Source: Adineta vaga
Lineage: Eukaryota; Animalia; Rotifera
NCBI GenBank assembly: GCA_021613535.1
Contig: CP075497.1
Span: 12,524,001 to 12,588,000, forward strand
Length of the DNA: 64,000 bases
Direction of reading: 5' to 3'
In this document: piece after piece, positions 11,474 to 21,717 of the stretch
Position numbering within the stretch: the stretch's first letter is position 1
How the letters are laid out: the number at the start of each line of letters is the position of its first letter
Notes under the pieces: model-generated
The model's input: the letters and a program-made list of their open reading frames with translations, nothing else
Told to the model about the DNA's origin: nothing
Database searches by the model: none
Translations under genes and position numbers: made by a program

Positions 11474-13922
11474 CAGAGGGGTATTATCTCATTGAGGGTG
11501 TGCGGATGTTACGTACGAGGATTAACATGTTGAGAGCAAGGGTGTATGTGTGAATTCGAATATTTCTTGAGAATGTTGAGCAGGAGCTGGCGTAAATATG
11601 TTGCGGTCGTAAAAAAGCTTGCTATAGTAAAGTCGCGGAGTTAGCAGCACAAAGTACCGTCGAAAATTAAAAATTTCAATTGAAGCAAGAATTTTCAAGT
11701 TTCAAGTTCGACACTACTGAAATGAATATAAAATAAAGATGCGTGAATTGATTACTAAGGAAAAAGCGACAAAACAATGAAGAATTGAAAACCATCAAAA
11801 ACTTTTTCTCATGTTTTCAATTATGTTTTGTTTCATGTTCATTATTGCGTTTTCTCACTGTTAATCTTGAGTCGTTTTTTTTATCTACATCTTCTATGAT
11901 CAATAGTGAATTTTTTCTTTCTCATGCTCATTATTCTCATAGTTTTACTGTGATTGATAGTCACTTAAACATTTCTCTACGATCAATGTATGATTTTTTT
12001 CCTCTTACTAAGGTTTTATCTGGTGTTTTGTTAGAAAAGATAAATCTATTGTGCAAATAGTTCCTTTTTTTATCTAACATATTCATCATTGACATGATTA
12101 AATTGGTCTGTGATACTTGATCTGAGAATAAAACGTATTGATTAGATTTTCCGAATGTTTTTATTTATTCTTTTGAAATAGCAATAGATTTAACAGGAGT
12201 ACACGTTACTTGATTGTACGTGTGTGATCATGCTCAACGAATACTTTTGAATATGGAATAAAAAATAGTTTTTGTTATTCAACTGTGTCATTAGTAAGGA
12301 TTCGAAAATTATTAAGACACGGAATGAGAAAAACTGTATGAAGAAGAAAAAATTCTCTTAACTAACAACAGATGATACTTCATTGTATTTCTTTTGCTCA
12401 AGAATATTCAATACCAAATCCAAATGGATAAGTAAAAAATAAATCAATTGTACAAATAGATTTTCTCGGTAATTATTTTATTTTTACATTTAACTTTGTA
12501 AAATAAGAAATAGAAGTGAATGAATCAAAATGAAATGTCTATCGATTTATTTTTTCAATTCATGAAGTTTTCCATCACGTTTTTTCATCTTAATAAAAGC
12601 GAAAAAAATGTGTAGCTGTACAAATGTCATACAATTGTGTATTTTGTTTTTCTTTTTTACATATGAAATAAGATTAAATGTATTTAATAAGAAAAAAATC
12701 AAAAACGAAGAGTAACACAATTTTTAACTGAATCAAGAACATGATTTCGACCAAGATCAACAACATTTGAAAGTGGATGTACCTCATTATCTGTTGTTTT
12801 ATTAACTGTTTCTGTAGCTTTTTCAATATAATCATGTGCCATTTTAAAATCACCACGACGTTCATAAGCTAATCCAATATTATGTAATGTTCGAGTTAGA
12901 TCTGGATGATTACTTGGTAATGCTGCTGTTTGTATTTCTAATGCTTTTTTATAGTTTTCAATTGAAAGATCAAGTTCACCAAGACCAAAATAAATATTAG
13001 CAAGAGTTGCATAGACTGATGCATTATTGGGATGTGCTGGTGGAAGAGCACTTTGAAGAATTTTCTGAGCTTTTAGAGCATTGATTAATGCAGTATCATA
13101 CTAAAAGATAGAATAAAAACAATTCATGAATATGAACTAAATCTCTTAGAAATGAATCGATACTTTCTACGTACCTCTTTTCTATCATATTGAATTGTAC
13201 TTAGATTGATAAGAGTTCCCGCAACATCTATATGTTTTTTTCGAACACTTTTCCCATACAGCTTTAAAGAAGTTTGAAAAGATTCTAAAGCATCCTCTTG
13301 TCTATCCATAGCAGACTGAACAATTCCAATGCCATTCAAAGCTTTTGCTGCACTTGCTAATCGTTTTGGTTTAGCATAAGCATGTAAATCATAAGCACGT
13401 TGATAACAATCGAATGCTTCTTGTAAATTATTTCTTAAACGATGTGTTCGTCCAAAATTAAAATAAATACAAGCAATTTCTTCATCATTTGGTTTTGATG
13501 AATTAAGAATATTATCAAAATATTGACTTGCTTTTCCATATTCACCCATTTCAAGAAGTAAATGACCAAATAAAAGAACAACATTTGCATCCATCATTTT
13601 CTTCTTCTGATATTCCATATATTCAGCAGCTAACGCTGCTCCTTGATCAGTTGCTTGAACTGTGACATGATATAAATTATCAACTTCATCATAAGTACAT
13701 GAATCAATTCGAAATGAAGCACCTAAATAGAAATTAATTTCTTTTGAAAATTTTTCTAAAAGATAATTTTTCTTTACCAATATCAACAAGCATTTCAGCT
13801 TCTTCGGGAAACGCTGAATATTGTGCAATATCAGCGACAACAATATTTCTGACTTGAGTAATATCAACTTGATATTCGAAAAGACAACGTACAACTCCTG
13901 TTCGATTATTTGGTTTTGTAGC

Positions 13923-14251
13923 TGTTAATATGAAAAACATTGCATCAGTTCAATCATATGACACATGTCAAATGTTCATATGTTATCATGACTCATGATG
14001 TCAGATGTATATGATATCTTCTATCTCTTGCATCATGTAATCATGACGCATGATGACATGAGTCATGGAAACTGACCAGTATAAATACGCGTATGTATTT
14101 TCATATGGACGCCTACAAACACCTACGCCATCTGTTCTTATCTTCTCTCTTATCTCTCTTATCTTTCTCTTCCTACTTTCTTATTGTTATTATTTTCACC
14201 TTGTTAACGAATAAACAGAACTCACGAAGTTATACAACAAGAAAACTTACA
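13923..14251 (+). repeat. 5' LTR
   Basis: TGTTAATATG...AAAACTTACA, with TATAAA (~14080) and AATAAA (~14210). No difference from the 3' LTR seen by eye. Confidence 0.96.
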
Positions 14252-14253
14252 AT

Positions 14254-14263
14254 TGGCGACGAG
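14254..14263 (+). promoter_or_regulatory. Primer binding site, probably tRNA-Ser(GCU)
   Basis: TGGCGACGAG lies 2 nt after the 5' LTR and is complementary to the ...CUCGUCGCCA 3' end of metazoan tRNA-Ser(GCU). Confidence 0.8.
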
Positions 14264-14313
14264 ATATATTTTTTTTCAACAACTACGTTTATTCTGACAA
14301 GCAAATAATTACA

Positions 14314-15024
14314 ATGACAACAGCAGCAACGAATTTCTCAACAATTCCAGCACTTCACTCATTTGATCATCGAAACTCAACATGGCAATCATACCGGGAT
14401 AGAATTAACTTCTATTTCAGAGCCAACAAGATCGTTGACAATGACGATAAGAAAGCTTTATTCCTATGGTCAGTTGGTGATTCAACTTATGGTTTGTTAG
14501 AATCATTAATGGCACCTGCTCTCCTGACCGATGAATATGTTAAATTCGTTGATCTAATTAAAAAATTAGATTCACATTATGATGCAACAAGAAATATTAT
14601 GACAGCAACGTATGAATTTTATTCATGTCATCAAAAACCAGGTCAACCATTTTCCGAATGGAAAGCCGAACTTTGTGAAAAAATGCGTCATTGTGGTTTT
14701 AATTCATCAAAATTAAAAGATCGTCCTCAAGATCGTGCATTGCGAGATGCCTATGTTATTGGAGTGAACAATCCAAAAATAAGACAAGCTCTTCTCAAGG
14801 AAGAGGATCCTGATCTTGCTGCTGCTGAAAGAATTATACAAGTAGCAGAACGTCTTGAACAAGACGTCCGACAATTCAATACATCGAACAATACAAATCT
14901 TCCAATAGTGGCCAAGTTACAACAGAAGAAATCAACAAGTCAATATCCATCCCCGAATGGAAAATCATCTTCAGCAACCACATCTGATTCTTGCCAATCA
15001 TGTGGATCAACAGCATCCACGTAG
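14314..15024 (+). CDS. gag: Retrotransposon Gag (frameshifted within the first zinc knuckle)
   Basis: WQSYRDRINFYF..KKALFL..QKPGQPFSEW..LRDAYVIG. Ends CQSCGST. Confidence 0.9.
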   Translation: MTTAATNFSTIPALHSFDHRNSTWQSYRDRINFYFRANKIVDNDDKKALFLWSVGDSTYGLLESLMAPALLTDEYVKFVDLIKKLDSHYDATRNIMTATYEFYSCHQKPGQPFSEWKAELCEKMRHCGFNSSKLKDRPQDRALRDAYVIGVNNPKIRQALLKEEDPDLAAAERIIQVAERLEQDVRQFNTSNNTNLPIVAKLQQKKSTSQYPSPNGKSSSATTSDSCQSCGSTAST

Positions 15025-18000
15025 TGAATGCAAATATCGTACATTTACTTGTAATTTCTGCAAAAGAACTGGTCATTTGGAACGAGTATGTCAGAAGAAG
15101 AAGAATGGAAAGTATATACCAAAACAAAATTCAACCACGCACCAGTTGAAACGTGTGAAATGGAACAAATCCAACTCGACACAATTGTCAATGTCACTTC
15201 GGATAAATGGTCAAGATTTTACTCTTGATGTAGATACAGGTTCTGATCATACAATTATTAGTACAAATGATTGGAAACAACTTGGTTCACCAACAATTCG
15301 TACAACTTCATTGAAACTAGAATGTTATAGTGGTAAACAACTGGATATTCAAGGTGAATGTGATGTCCATGTACACTATAACAAACAAGTTTTCAATCTC
15401 ACAATGGTGGTAATCAAACGAACAGGAACACCGCTTCTTGGTCTTCGATGGATTTCATCAATGAAAATAGATTTGAATGGATTGCTTTATGGTACAAACG
15501 GCACAAGTCAACAGGTGAACAAGGTGTATAGTCAGGTGAAACTGAACGAGATCCTGAACAAGCACAAACAAGTATTCAACAAGGACTTAGGTCATTGTAC
15601 AAAAGTCAAAGCACATATACAACTGGTTCCCAATGCTGTACCGAAATTCTTCAAACCACGTCCTTTACCATTCGCATATTTAGATGGAGTGAAGGAAGAA
15701 ATACAAAGAAATGTAACAAATGGAATTTTGGAGAAAATTGACATTTCACAATGGGCAGCACCAATAGTTCCAGTTCGTAAACCTTCAGGAAAAATCCGCA
15801 TCTGCGGAGATTTCAAGGTAACCATCAATTCACAAATGCTCGTGGATCAACATCCTATACCACCAATTGATGAACTTCTTACCCGACTCAATAATGGTGA
15901 AAAATTTACAAAATTAGACTTGACAGATGCATATCTTCAAGTCGAACTCGATGACAGCAGCAAAGAATTGGTGGTTATAAACACACCATTGGGCCTGTTC
16001 AAGTACAATCGGATGCCTTTTGGCATCTCAAATGCGCCTGCGATCTTCCAGCGCATAGTTGATCAAGTTCTTGCTGGTGTGCCAAACAGTATAGCATACT
16101 TAGACGACATATTAATCACTGGAAAAGATGAAAAAGAACATTTGGAAACATTGGATTTGGTTTTGGCAAAACTGGCCGATTTTGGTCTTCGGTGTAACAT
16201 GGAAAAGTGTTCATTTTTCCAAGATGAAGTGGTCTATCTTGGTTATATAATCAATTCAAGTGGTAAACAACCCGATCCTACTCGAGTTGTAGCAATTAAA
16301 AATTTACCAACACCAACTGATGTGAAACAAGTTGAAGCTTTCATCGGAAAAATTAACTATTATGGGAAATTCATTGCAAATTTCTCGCATCTTTGTGCTC
16401 CATTGAATCGATTAAGACAAAACAATGTAAAATGGAAATGGGATAGTTCATGTCAAAAAGCTTTTGACACCTTAAAAAAGCAATTGGAAGAAACAACTAT
16501 GCTGGTGCACTTCGATCAAAAACTCCCATTAATTCTCGCAACAGATGCAAGCAGTTATGGAATTGGAGCTGTATTGATGCACAGATACGCCGATGGAACT
16601 GAAAAACCCATCGCACACGCATCGAAAACTCTCAATCCAGCTGAAAGAAATTACAGCCAGATAGAGAAAGAAGCACTTTCCATCGTATATGGAATAAGAA
16701 AATTCCACCAATATCTGGCAGCAAAGTCTTTCGAATTGGTAACTGATCATAGACCTTTACTGGCAATCTTTAATCCAGCAAAAGGTATATCAATAACAAC
16801 TGCAAATCGTCTTTCAAGATGGTCCATTGCATTGATGGGTTACAATTATACGATTAGATACAAACCTACACAACAACATGGTAATGCTGATGGTTTGTCA
16901 AGGTTACCTGCTGGTGAAGATAAATCATTTGTTGATGATGAATCCGTTCAAGTCAACCGAATTCAAGCTCAAGTTATTGAAGATGGTCCTGTTGATTCAA
17001 AGAAAATTCAAGCAGCTGTAGCTGCAGATGAACATCTTCATCTGATTAAAAATTTTTTATTGAATACATGGCCGAAATCAATGTCAAAGAAAAACAATCC
17101 TGATCTTTTTCCATATTTTACAATACGGAAATCATTATCAGTAGCACATGGATGTATCTTGAAGGATACACAAGTAGTCATACCAAAATCATTACGACAT
17201 CGTGTTATACAAATGATTCATCGTGGACATCTTGGTGTTATCAAAATGAAACAATTAGCACGTGTTCATTGCTGGTGGCCAAAGATGGAAATGGATATCG
17301 AAAACATGGCTAAGTCATGTAAAATATGTGCAGCAGCAGCACCTAAACCAAAAGAAGATTTCAAACCATGGCCAGAACCTGAACATAATTGGTCTCGTGT
17401 GCACATGGATTTTCTTGGACCTCTTTGGAACTCGAAATGGTTGGTAATGGTTGATGCAAAATCAAAATTTCCTTTTGTTGCAGATATGGGAAATGATACA
17501 AGTGCAAAGAATCTTTACAATGTACTCGAACAAGCCATCGATTGGTTAGGTCCACCGACAACATTGGTATCGGATAATGGACCACCATTTACCAGTTTCG
17601 AAATGAATGAATTTTATAACAAGTATGGAATACAAAGTATCACCACAGCACCGTACCATCCTCCTAGCAATGGAATTGCTGAAAGATTTGTTAGATCTTT
17701 CAAGGAAGGTATGATCAAGGAACAACAATCAGGTCAAACAAATAAATCAGTTGCATTACGAAATGTTTTACGAACCTATCGTTGGACACCTCATACAACA
17801 ACTGGTATTGCTCCAGCTGAAGCACTTTTTCAAAGACCAATTCGAACGGATCTTGCACGACTACATCCAAATTTAACAAAATCAAAACCAACACAAATAA
17901 GCAAATATGATCTTGAACAAGAAATTTGGGTGATGAACCACAAACAGAACAAAAAATTTGAATGGAAATCAGGAGTTATCAAGAAAAGAATAGGTTCAAT

Positions 18001-18226
18001 GATGTATCAAATTGAATTGCAAAATGGACACACTTGTGTGCGACATCAAAATCAACTTCGATTACGTCAAGAACCAGACAACCAATCAATTGATCTAGAT
18101 GCTTTACCAGATGATCTTTTGAACTACAACAACCCAACAACTTCTGATCAACAACAAGCACCTCAACAATCACCCCGTTACCCACGTCGGCAACGGCGAC
18201 CACCTGATCGTTATGCACCGTCGTAA
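14957..18226 (+). CDS. pol: Retrotransposon Pol (NC knuckle, protease, RT, RNase H, integrase)
   Basis: CNFCKRTGHLERVC knuckle; protease VDTGS; RT YLDD; RNase H TDAS..YSQIEKEAL..TDH; integrase HHCC (H-rg-H..CKIC), HMDF, SDNG, NGIAER. Confidence 0.96.
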   Translation: MENHLQQPHLILANHVDQQHPRSECKYRTFTCNFCKRTGHLERVCQKKKNGKYIPKQNSTTHQLKRVKWNKSNSTQLSMSLRINGQDFTLDVDTGSDHTIISTNDWKQLGSPTIRTTSLKLECYSGKQLDIQGECDVHVHYNKQVFNLTMVVIKRTGTPLLGLRWISSMKIDLNGLLYGTNGTSQQVNKVYSQVKLNEILNKHKQVFNKDLGHCTKVKAHIQLVPNAVPKFFKPRPLPFAYLDGVKEEIQRNVTNGILEKIDISQWAAPIVPVRKPSGKIRICGDFKVTINSQMLVDQHPIPPIDELLTRLNNGEKFTKLDLTDAYLQVELDDSSKELVVINTPLGLFKYNRMPFGISNAPAIFQRIVDQVLAGVPNSIAYLDDILITGKDEKEHLETLDLVLAKLADFGLRCNMEKCSFFQDEVVYLGYIINSSGKQPDPTRVVAIKNLPTPTDVKQVEAFIGKINYYGKFIANFSHLCAPLNRLRQNNVKWKWDSSCQKAFDTLKKQLEETTMLVHFDQKLPLILATDASSYGIGAVLMHRYADGTEKPIAHASKTLNPAERNYSQIEKEALSIVYGIRKFHQYLAAKSFELVTDHRPLLAIFNPAKGISITTANRLSRWSIALMGYNYTIRYKPTQQHGNADGLSRLPAGEDKSFVDDESVQVNRIQAQVIEDGPVDSKKIQAAVAADEHLHLIKNFLLNTWPKSMSKKNNPDLFPYFTIRKSLSVAHGCILKDTQVVIPKSLRHRVIQMIHRGHLGVIKMKQLARVHCWWPKMEMDIENMAKSCKICAAAAPKPKEDFKPWPEPEHNWSRVHMDFLGPLWNSKWLVMVDAKSKFPFVADMGNDTSAKNLYNVLEQAIDWLGPPTTLVSDNGPPFTSFEMNEFYNKYGIQSITTAPYHPPSNGIAERFVRSFKEGMIKEQQSGQTNKSVALRNVLRTYRWTPHTTTGIAPAEALFQRPIRTDLARLHPNLTKSKPTQISKYDLEQEIWVMNHKQNKKFEWKSGVIKKRIGSMMYQIELQNGHTCVRHQNQLRLRQEPDNQSIDLDALPDDLLNYNNPTTSDQQQAPQQSPRYPRRQRRPPDRYAPS

Positions 18227-18233
18227 CAATTTT

Positions 18234-18244
18234 AAAGGCAGAGG
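18234..18244 (+). promoter_or_regulatory. Polypurine tract
   Basis: AAAGGCAGAGG immediately before the 3' LTR. Confidence 0.75.
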
Positions 18245-18573
18245 TGTTAATATGAAAAACATTGCATCAGTTCAATCATATGACACATGTCAAATGTTCA
18301 TATGTTATCATGACTCATGATGTCAGATGTATATGATATCTTCTATCTCTTGCATCATGTAATCATGACGCATGATGACATGAGTCATGGAAACTGACCA
18401 GTATAAATACGCGTATGTATTTTCATATGGACGCCTACAAACACCTACGCCATCTGTTCTTATCTTCTCTCTTATCTCTCTTATCTTTCTCTTCCTACTT
18501 TCTTATTGTTATTATTTTCACCTTGTTAACGAATAAACAGAACTCACGAAGTTATACAACAAGAAAACTTACA
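18245..18573 (+). repeat. 3' LTR
   Basis: 329-bp direct repeat of 13923-14251. Confidence 0.96.
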
Positions 18574-20399
18574 GTAGCAAAACCATATGCTACGGCACGA
18601 TCATGACTTGTTGATAAATAACCATTTGTTGAAATTAATTGTCCAATATTTTTTTTGAAATTTTCAACTTCAGTTGGACTCAAACAAAGACCACGATAAA
18701 GTTTAATTAAATTCTTTCCTTTTGTTTTTAAATCCTCAAATTTTAAATCAAGTTGTTTACATAAATCAATAATATAAAAACGAAAATGATATAAAACATT
18801 GACATTTTCAGTACGTAATGCTTTGTTTATAAACCTTAATTATAGAAGAAAAAAAAACAATAAAATCATCTTAGAAAACCCGTTGTTTCCGCGCTATTCT
18901 CATTGAAAAGAACCTGAATCCTATTATTCCCTATTTTTTAACGACTACGTCACAGTTATGCGTAATTGCGCCATAGTTTTTCGCAACTATGGCGCATGTC
19001 TTTCGCATCGATGTCTTTCTTACCTATATAGAAAACATTCTTTTGTATACCATTGAATAGCTTCATCTGATTTATAAGTTAAATCAAATTCATTTATATT
19101 TGCTAATTCAACAAGATTTCCTCGATAATATTCCTTACATTTATCAACCATCATTTGTTTAGCTTCTTGTGTTTTCGGCATATTCATTAAAACTGATTTT
19201 AATAATTGAAAAAACATAAATGAACCAGATTCTTTACTTAAATCTCGTGTCGATTTTTCATTTTGATTATAAACACTAAATGCTGCTGTTTGTTTCGCAA
19301 GATCATTACGTACTGATTGAATTGTATTTAAAAGACTTTCTGGATTTTCACATCGAGTTATTACACGACTATTTTGTACTTGATCTGTTTCATTTGCACT
19401 TTTATTAAATGAAGATGAATAAACAATAACTGAATCAACATTTGTAAGCGTATTAAGAGATTCAAGAAGAGTTTGCGATGGAGGATTTTCAAGAATAAGA
19501 AAAATTTTCTTATCTGACATGGATTTTATACGATCAACACAATCTTCTTCTGTTTGAACTAACTTAAAATAAAATCAATTTTCAATAGACTTTTGTCATT
19601 CGAAATAAACAAACCTGAATTTCATTATTATTAATTGCTTTGAGAACATCAAGAACTGTTTTTTTTGGTGATTCATATGATAGATAAACAATGTATACAT
19701 CATCATCGCTAATTGTTTGTTGTTCTGTTCCAGGTGATCGTTGATCTTCTCCTCTTTTGCTTTTTTCTTTTCCATTAACATCATCTTGTTTATGATGACG
19801 CCATTTAATGAAAGGCATTTTTATAAAATGAAGAAAATCTCACGTTCTATTTTGCTTTTATTTTTATATCTATCGTTCTGCATCACTGAATCATAATCAA
19901 TGCCTCAATCATTTTCATCATTCTGACTGATTGTATTTTTTTATGTTATTATGATAAAAAACCTTTGTATATTGATTATTTTGGGTATTTTTTATGGGAA
20001 AAAATATTTCATTTCTAATAATTCAATTTTTTTAATGAAAAATATCGATCAAAATAAAAGTACAAAAGATGCCACGTCGAATTAAAGTTTCATTGAAGAA
20101 AAAGAGGAATAGATCCTAATTGCATACTGAACATTCATTATTCATTCATCGTCAAGTTTATAAATAATTCTTTTTTCGTTTAAGAATGAAAAATAATATT
20201 CGAACAAGTTTTCGATCATCAAAAAGAAATTAAGAAAAATAATCTGATTTCAAAGTATTTTTCAATATCGATTAATATCCTTTAAGAAAAATGTAATTAA
20301 TCAAAGTTCAAATGAACAAGATCAAAATCGAATAAAAGCCTTAATGATTTCCATCGAGTAATACAAAAATTTTCGTTTTTTTTTCTTAGAAAAAAATCT

Positions 20400-21320
20400 A
20401 GTCGTCGAAAAGTTTGTTGTGGATGGTCTTGACCTTGTATTCTTTTAACATTACATGGAATTCTTTTTTTTGTCACAGCTATTGCTGTAACTTTGATCAC
20501 TCTTTTAACTGCTAACAGATCAAGTATAACAACACAAACATCATCCACTTTTTCCATAACAAGCGAAATATCAACAACTTTATCAATATGTAATTCTCTA
20601 TGCGGTCATAATACAACAGTTGCAAATGTGTCTTTTTTTTGCTCGTTTGAATTTTGAAAATGATTTTATTGCTTCAATGTTAACTTACAATGGAACATCA
20701 TCAAATGGACCAACATTTATCGTCGATTATATTTGACAAGCAGTTTCGTTAAATTCAGGATTAGATCAATACCTTTCAATCTTAGTTATACCAATAAATC
20801 CAAAGAGTTTTCCGAATATCAAAGGAATTCATACAATAACTGGTTTATGTCCACGACAATCTCAACAAGAATGTTTTCAATTTGGTCTTCGTTTCGACTA
20901 ATACAACAAGTTTAAGAGGAAAAGGTTATTTTGGTCTATGGGAAGCAGCTGATCTTAGTGATACTTTACCTATTCGTATAAATGAATGGACATATATTGC
21001 TATTGTTTATTCTAAAAGTAAATCAAAACAAATACTTTATGTTAATGGAATACTTGATAATTCTCGAATACCATCAAGTGGTTTTAATCAAACATCAAGA
21101 ACATTTTACACTAGATAATCGATTTCTTTCGTTTTTTCAAGGTTTATATTGATCAATTAATAATAAGTAATGGAATAAGATCATCATGTGAAATTTAAAA
21201 TGTTGCAACAATGACTTGTCGATTTTCTTGCTGATTCAGGTCCAAACGATGTTTTAGTTAATGCTTTTAATTATAATTCAACAGATGGATTAAAAGGAAG
21301 ACAAGCAACTGGTCTTCGAT
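20400..21320 (+). pseudogene. Degenerate type II membrane protein with a LamG/concanavalin-like domain
   Basis: RRKVCCGWS*PCILLTLHGILFFVTAIAVTLITLL (TM with in-frame TGA), a Ser/Thr-rich stalk, further stops and frameshifts, then the LamG-like motif NEWTYIAIVYS..QILYVNGILD..GYIDQL. Confidence 0.55.
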
Positions 21321-21717
21321 TATATATTGCGAAATATTGATGAATAGAAAGTTTGTTCGAGAGAACTTGTTTTGGATAATATTTGTGCCATTTTTACAAA
21401 TTAACTTTTTGTACAAAGGGCAAATTTTGTAACCAATGAAGCGATATACGAGAATGAAATAATATAAAATTCTTTGTATATTTAATATAAAAAAAACGAT
21501 TTTCGTTTATTTCAAAATAACATTTTTTCTTTCTTTACATACGACATCAACTATCTATAAATAACAACCATTTATTTATATTCATCCAATCGCATTCGAT
21601 AATTTTGTCCCATCAATTAATCCAGTCATCCATATAAATGTATAATTTTCCTCCCATTCAAACGTATCAATTATAATTCAGATGTCAAAAGGTAAAATAT
21701 CATATCAATAAATCCTC

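Larger units (their letters stand above)
13923..18573 (+). mobile_element. Full-length Ty3/gypsy LTR retrotransposon (Mag-like), 4651 bp
   Basis: Two 329-bp TG...CA LTRs; 5-bp TSD GTAGC (13918-13922, 18574-18578); PBS; PPT; gag and PR-RT-RH-IN order; no env. Confidence 0.97.
12699..19818 (-). pseudogene. ADP-ribosyltransferase (R-S-ExE type) + TPR-repeat protein gene, disrupted by an LTR retrotransposon
   Basis: AIQWYTKECFLYR|FINKALRTEN...KLYRGL...GYLSTS...GFAT[insertion]KPNN...FPEEAEMLVDIG|ASFRI, followed by TPRs (HIDVAGTLINL, HPNNASVYATLA, HPDLTRTLHNIG). Stop at 12699. The frame is restored when the element and one TSD are removed. Confidence 0.88.

Noticed and set aside
14093-14308. 71-aa ORF, repeated at 18415-18606
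   Set aside because: Lies inside the LTRs over a CT-rich tract; a by-product of the repeat.
15592-18218. Several antisense and alternate-frame ORFs over pol
   Set aside because: Shadow ORFs with no motifs; no env-like third ORF.
21682-21717. Upstream in-frame ATG for nitrate reductase
   Set aside because: Blocked by TAA at 21709-21711 with no acceptor AG before 21718. Similarity to fungal NR already begins right after the ATG at 21718.
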